From NCBI GenBank assembly GCA_963706795.1, contig OY970170.1, positions 930,001 through 962,000 of the forward strand: 32,000 nucleotides of DNA, written 5' to 3'. The translations under genes and the position numbers were made by a program. Positions 30,894 to 32,000 of this stretch are shown piece by piece. Within the stretch, counting starts at the first letter, position 1, and each line of letters opens with the position of its first letter. Source of the stretch: Candidatus Saccharimonadota bacterium. Lineage in GTDB: Bacteria; Patescibacteriota; Gracilibacteria; BD1-5; UBA2023. Under the pieces are notes generated by a model. It made no database searches, was not told the DNA's origin, and saw only the letters and a program-made list of their open reading frames with translations.

Positions 30894-30935
30894 AGTTTGT
30901 TTTGCAGGAGTATATGTTAAAGCTCTCAAAAGCAA

Positions 30936-30965
30936 TGAAAAGCCACCGCGAAGGGTGGCTTTTTG
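30936..30965 (-). terminator. Intrinsic terminator-like hairpin between the small ORF and mraY
   Basis: A 7-bp GC-rich stem agccacc/ggtggct (30941-30947 with 30954-30960), followed by TTTT on either strand. Confidence 0.55.
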
Positions 30966-30984
30966 TGAGGTGACGATTGGGGTG

Positions 30985-31299
30985 TCACGTATTGAGTACC
31001 GGCGTTTTCGCTCGTCCTTTTCGGCTTGTTCCCAGGGGTGGTGTATCCTGGATATTGAACCGCTTCAGAAATGCTTTAGATTGAGCATCCTGTGCATTAA
31101 CGGTTTGTTGGCGCAAGCTCATATCATATGACTTGTTATGCCATAATGGCGGTTGTGCCGCTATCTTTTCAGGTTGCATGCCCACCGGTGTTTTTACCTG
31201 AGTAGTACCGTGTCCTCTTCCAAGTTCGACACGGGTTACTCGTACGCCCGCCAGATCTTTCATGGTTACCTTGCCTGCAGTGTTGGACTGATTGCTCAT
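30985..31299 (-). CDS. Small basic hypothetical protein (104 aa to the TGA; 167 aa if TGA is read as Gly, ending at TAA 30796-30798)
   Basis: ATG at 31297-31299 has GGAG 5 nt upstream. The only nearby stop is TGA at 30985-30987. Under table 25 the frame runs through the hairpin at 30941-30960 and about 100 nt into mraY in another frame. I list the conservative coordinates; the 3' end is unresolved. Confidence 0.45.
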   Translation of the reverse strand: MSNQSNTAGKVTMKDLAGVRVTRVELGRGHGTTQVKTPVGMQPEKIAAQPPLWHNKSYDMSLRQQTVNAQDAQSKAFLKRFNIQDTPPLGTSRKGRAKTPVLNT

Positions 31300-31369
31300 G
31301 ATAACTCCTTCAATTTGTTTTTGCGTGTACGTTCTATGAACGCCCCTTTGTCACCGAAGTGATGCATGG

Positions 31370-31396
31370 AGTATATATTTCAAAACAAACTGTCAA
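31370..31396 (-). promoter_or_regulatory. Candidate promoter (TTGACA, 15-nt spacer, TATACT on the minus strand) for the small ORF
   Basis: The complement of 31391-31396 is TTGACA and the complement of 31370-31375 is TATACT. The short spacer lowers my confidence. The predicted leader of about 64 nt contains a tcac-UUCG-gtga hairpin (31351-31362). Confidence 0.35.
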
Positions 31397-31487
31397 GAGA
31401 GATTTTTTAAGTTTTTTGAAACTTTTTTTGTCCGACCGTATCTTAACTATTGTATCTCGCTTTCTTAAGTGAGGGTTATTTTTTTCT

Positions 31488-31515
31488 TTGACATACTTTT
31501 CATACATTATATACT
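31488..31515 (+). promoter_or_regulatory. Sigma70-type promoter (TTGACA, 16-nt spacer, TATACT)
   Basis: TTGACA at 31488-31493 and TATACT at 31510-31515, 30 nt upstream of the ATG at 31545. Confidence 0.55.
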
Positions 31516-31544
31516 TTTCAGGTCGAATAATATATTTTGTATCT

Positions 31545-31826
31545 ATGATTGAATTAGAAGACGATTGTCCCGATGACGCACATACTGGCATCAAAATGCA
31601 TGGAAGTGTGGTCGTTGGATCCAAAGGGCAAATAGTAATTCCGAGTGAAGTGAGGAAATCCCTCAATATCAATTCGGGAGATTCTATGTGTGTCATTACT
31701 AAGCATGGCAAAGCTGTCGCACTCATCAAGATGGATGATCTTGAAGACTTCATGGCATTCATGCATGACGAAATGAATACGCTCAAAAAAATGGCAATCG
31801 AACAAGCAAAAAACCTTAAAGTATAA
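31545..31826 (+). CDS. AbrB/MazE/SpoVT-family DNA-binding protein (93 aa)
   Basis: ATG at 31545 is in frame with track ORF 31488..31826. The SpoVT-AbrB looped-hinge pattern is VVGSKGQIVIPSEVRKSLNINSGDSMCVI. It ends in TAA at 31824-31826. Confidence 0.7.
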   Translation: MIELEDDCPDDAHTGIKMHGSVVVGSKGQIVIPSEVRKSLNINSGDSMCVITKHGKAVALIKMDDLEDFMAFMHDEMNTLKKMAIEQAKNLKV

Positions 31827-31855
31827 TTATTTCTATCTCAGAGTACTTTTCTTTT

Positions 31856-32000
31856 ATGAAAAAAATTTTAGCAAGCGCACTCCTCCTCCCGTTCGTTCTT
31901 ACTTCGTGCGGAACTCCTGTAGAGACTGCAAAAACAGAAGACGCAAAAATGCCGTTTTATATCGAGACACAATTAGCAAAGGAATTTCCAAAAAACTACA
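31856..32000 (+). CDS. Lipoprotein, N-terminal part (runs off the right edge)
   Basis: ATG at 31856 begins MKKILASALLLPFVLTSCGTP, a signal peptide with a lipobox-like L-T-S-C. The frame stays open to the window end. Confidence 0.6.
   Translation, partial: MKKILASALLLPFVLTSCGTPVETAKTEDAKMPFYIETQLAKEFPKNY

Overview
This window looks like a Patescibacteria/CPR-type genome that decodes UGA as glycine (translation table 25, as in Gracilibacteria and Absconditabacteria/SR1). In ligA, mraY, uppS, smpB, rnr, rsmE and an rsmF-like gene, in-frame TGA codons fall on conserved Gly positions, and all of these genes end in TAA or TAG. The supplied standard-code ORF track therefore splits most genes into pieces. 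Re-reading TGA as Gly by hand gives about 30 intact CDS. They fall into five groups. (1) Housekeeping genes: an rsmF-like gene, a terC-family gene, smpB, uppS, ruvX, rplI, nusA, rnr, rsmE, ligA and mraY. (2) Signal-peptide proteins, several with cell-wall-related domains (CHAP; 3D plus PG-binding; a PG-binding-like domain). (3) A 1062-aa protein with a C-terminal EAL-like domain. (4) A small AbrB-type regulator followed by a lipoprotein. (5) A visibly AT-richer segment of about 4.7 kb (about 2400-7216) holding two long co-directional genes: a GHMP-kinase-like protein fused to an OmpR-type winged-helix domain, and a 979-aa NACHT/STAND NTPase. I rate the AT-rich segment the best candidate for an undescribed system. 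I found no rRNA, tRNA, CRISPR array, transposase or integrase. All coordinates come from manual translation, so starts are less certain than stops.
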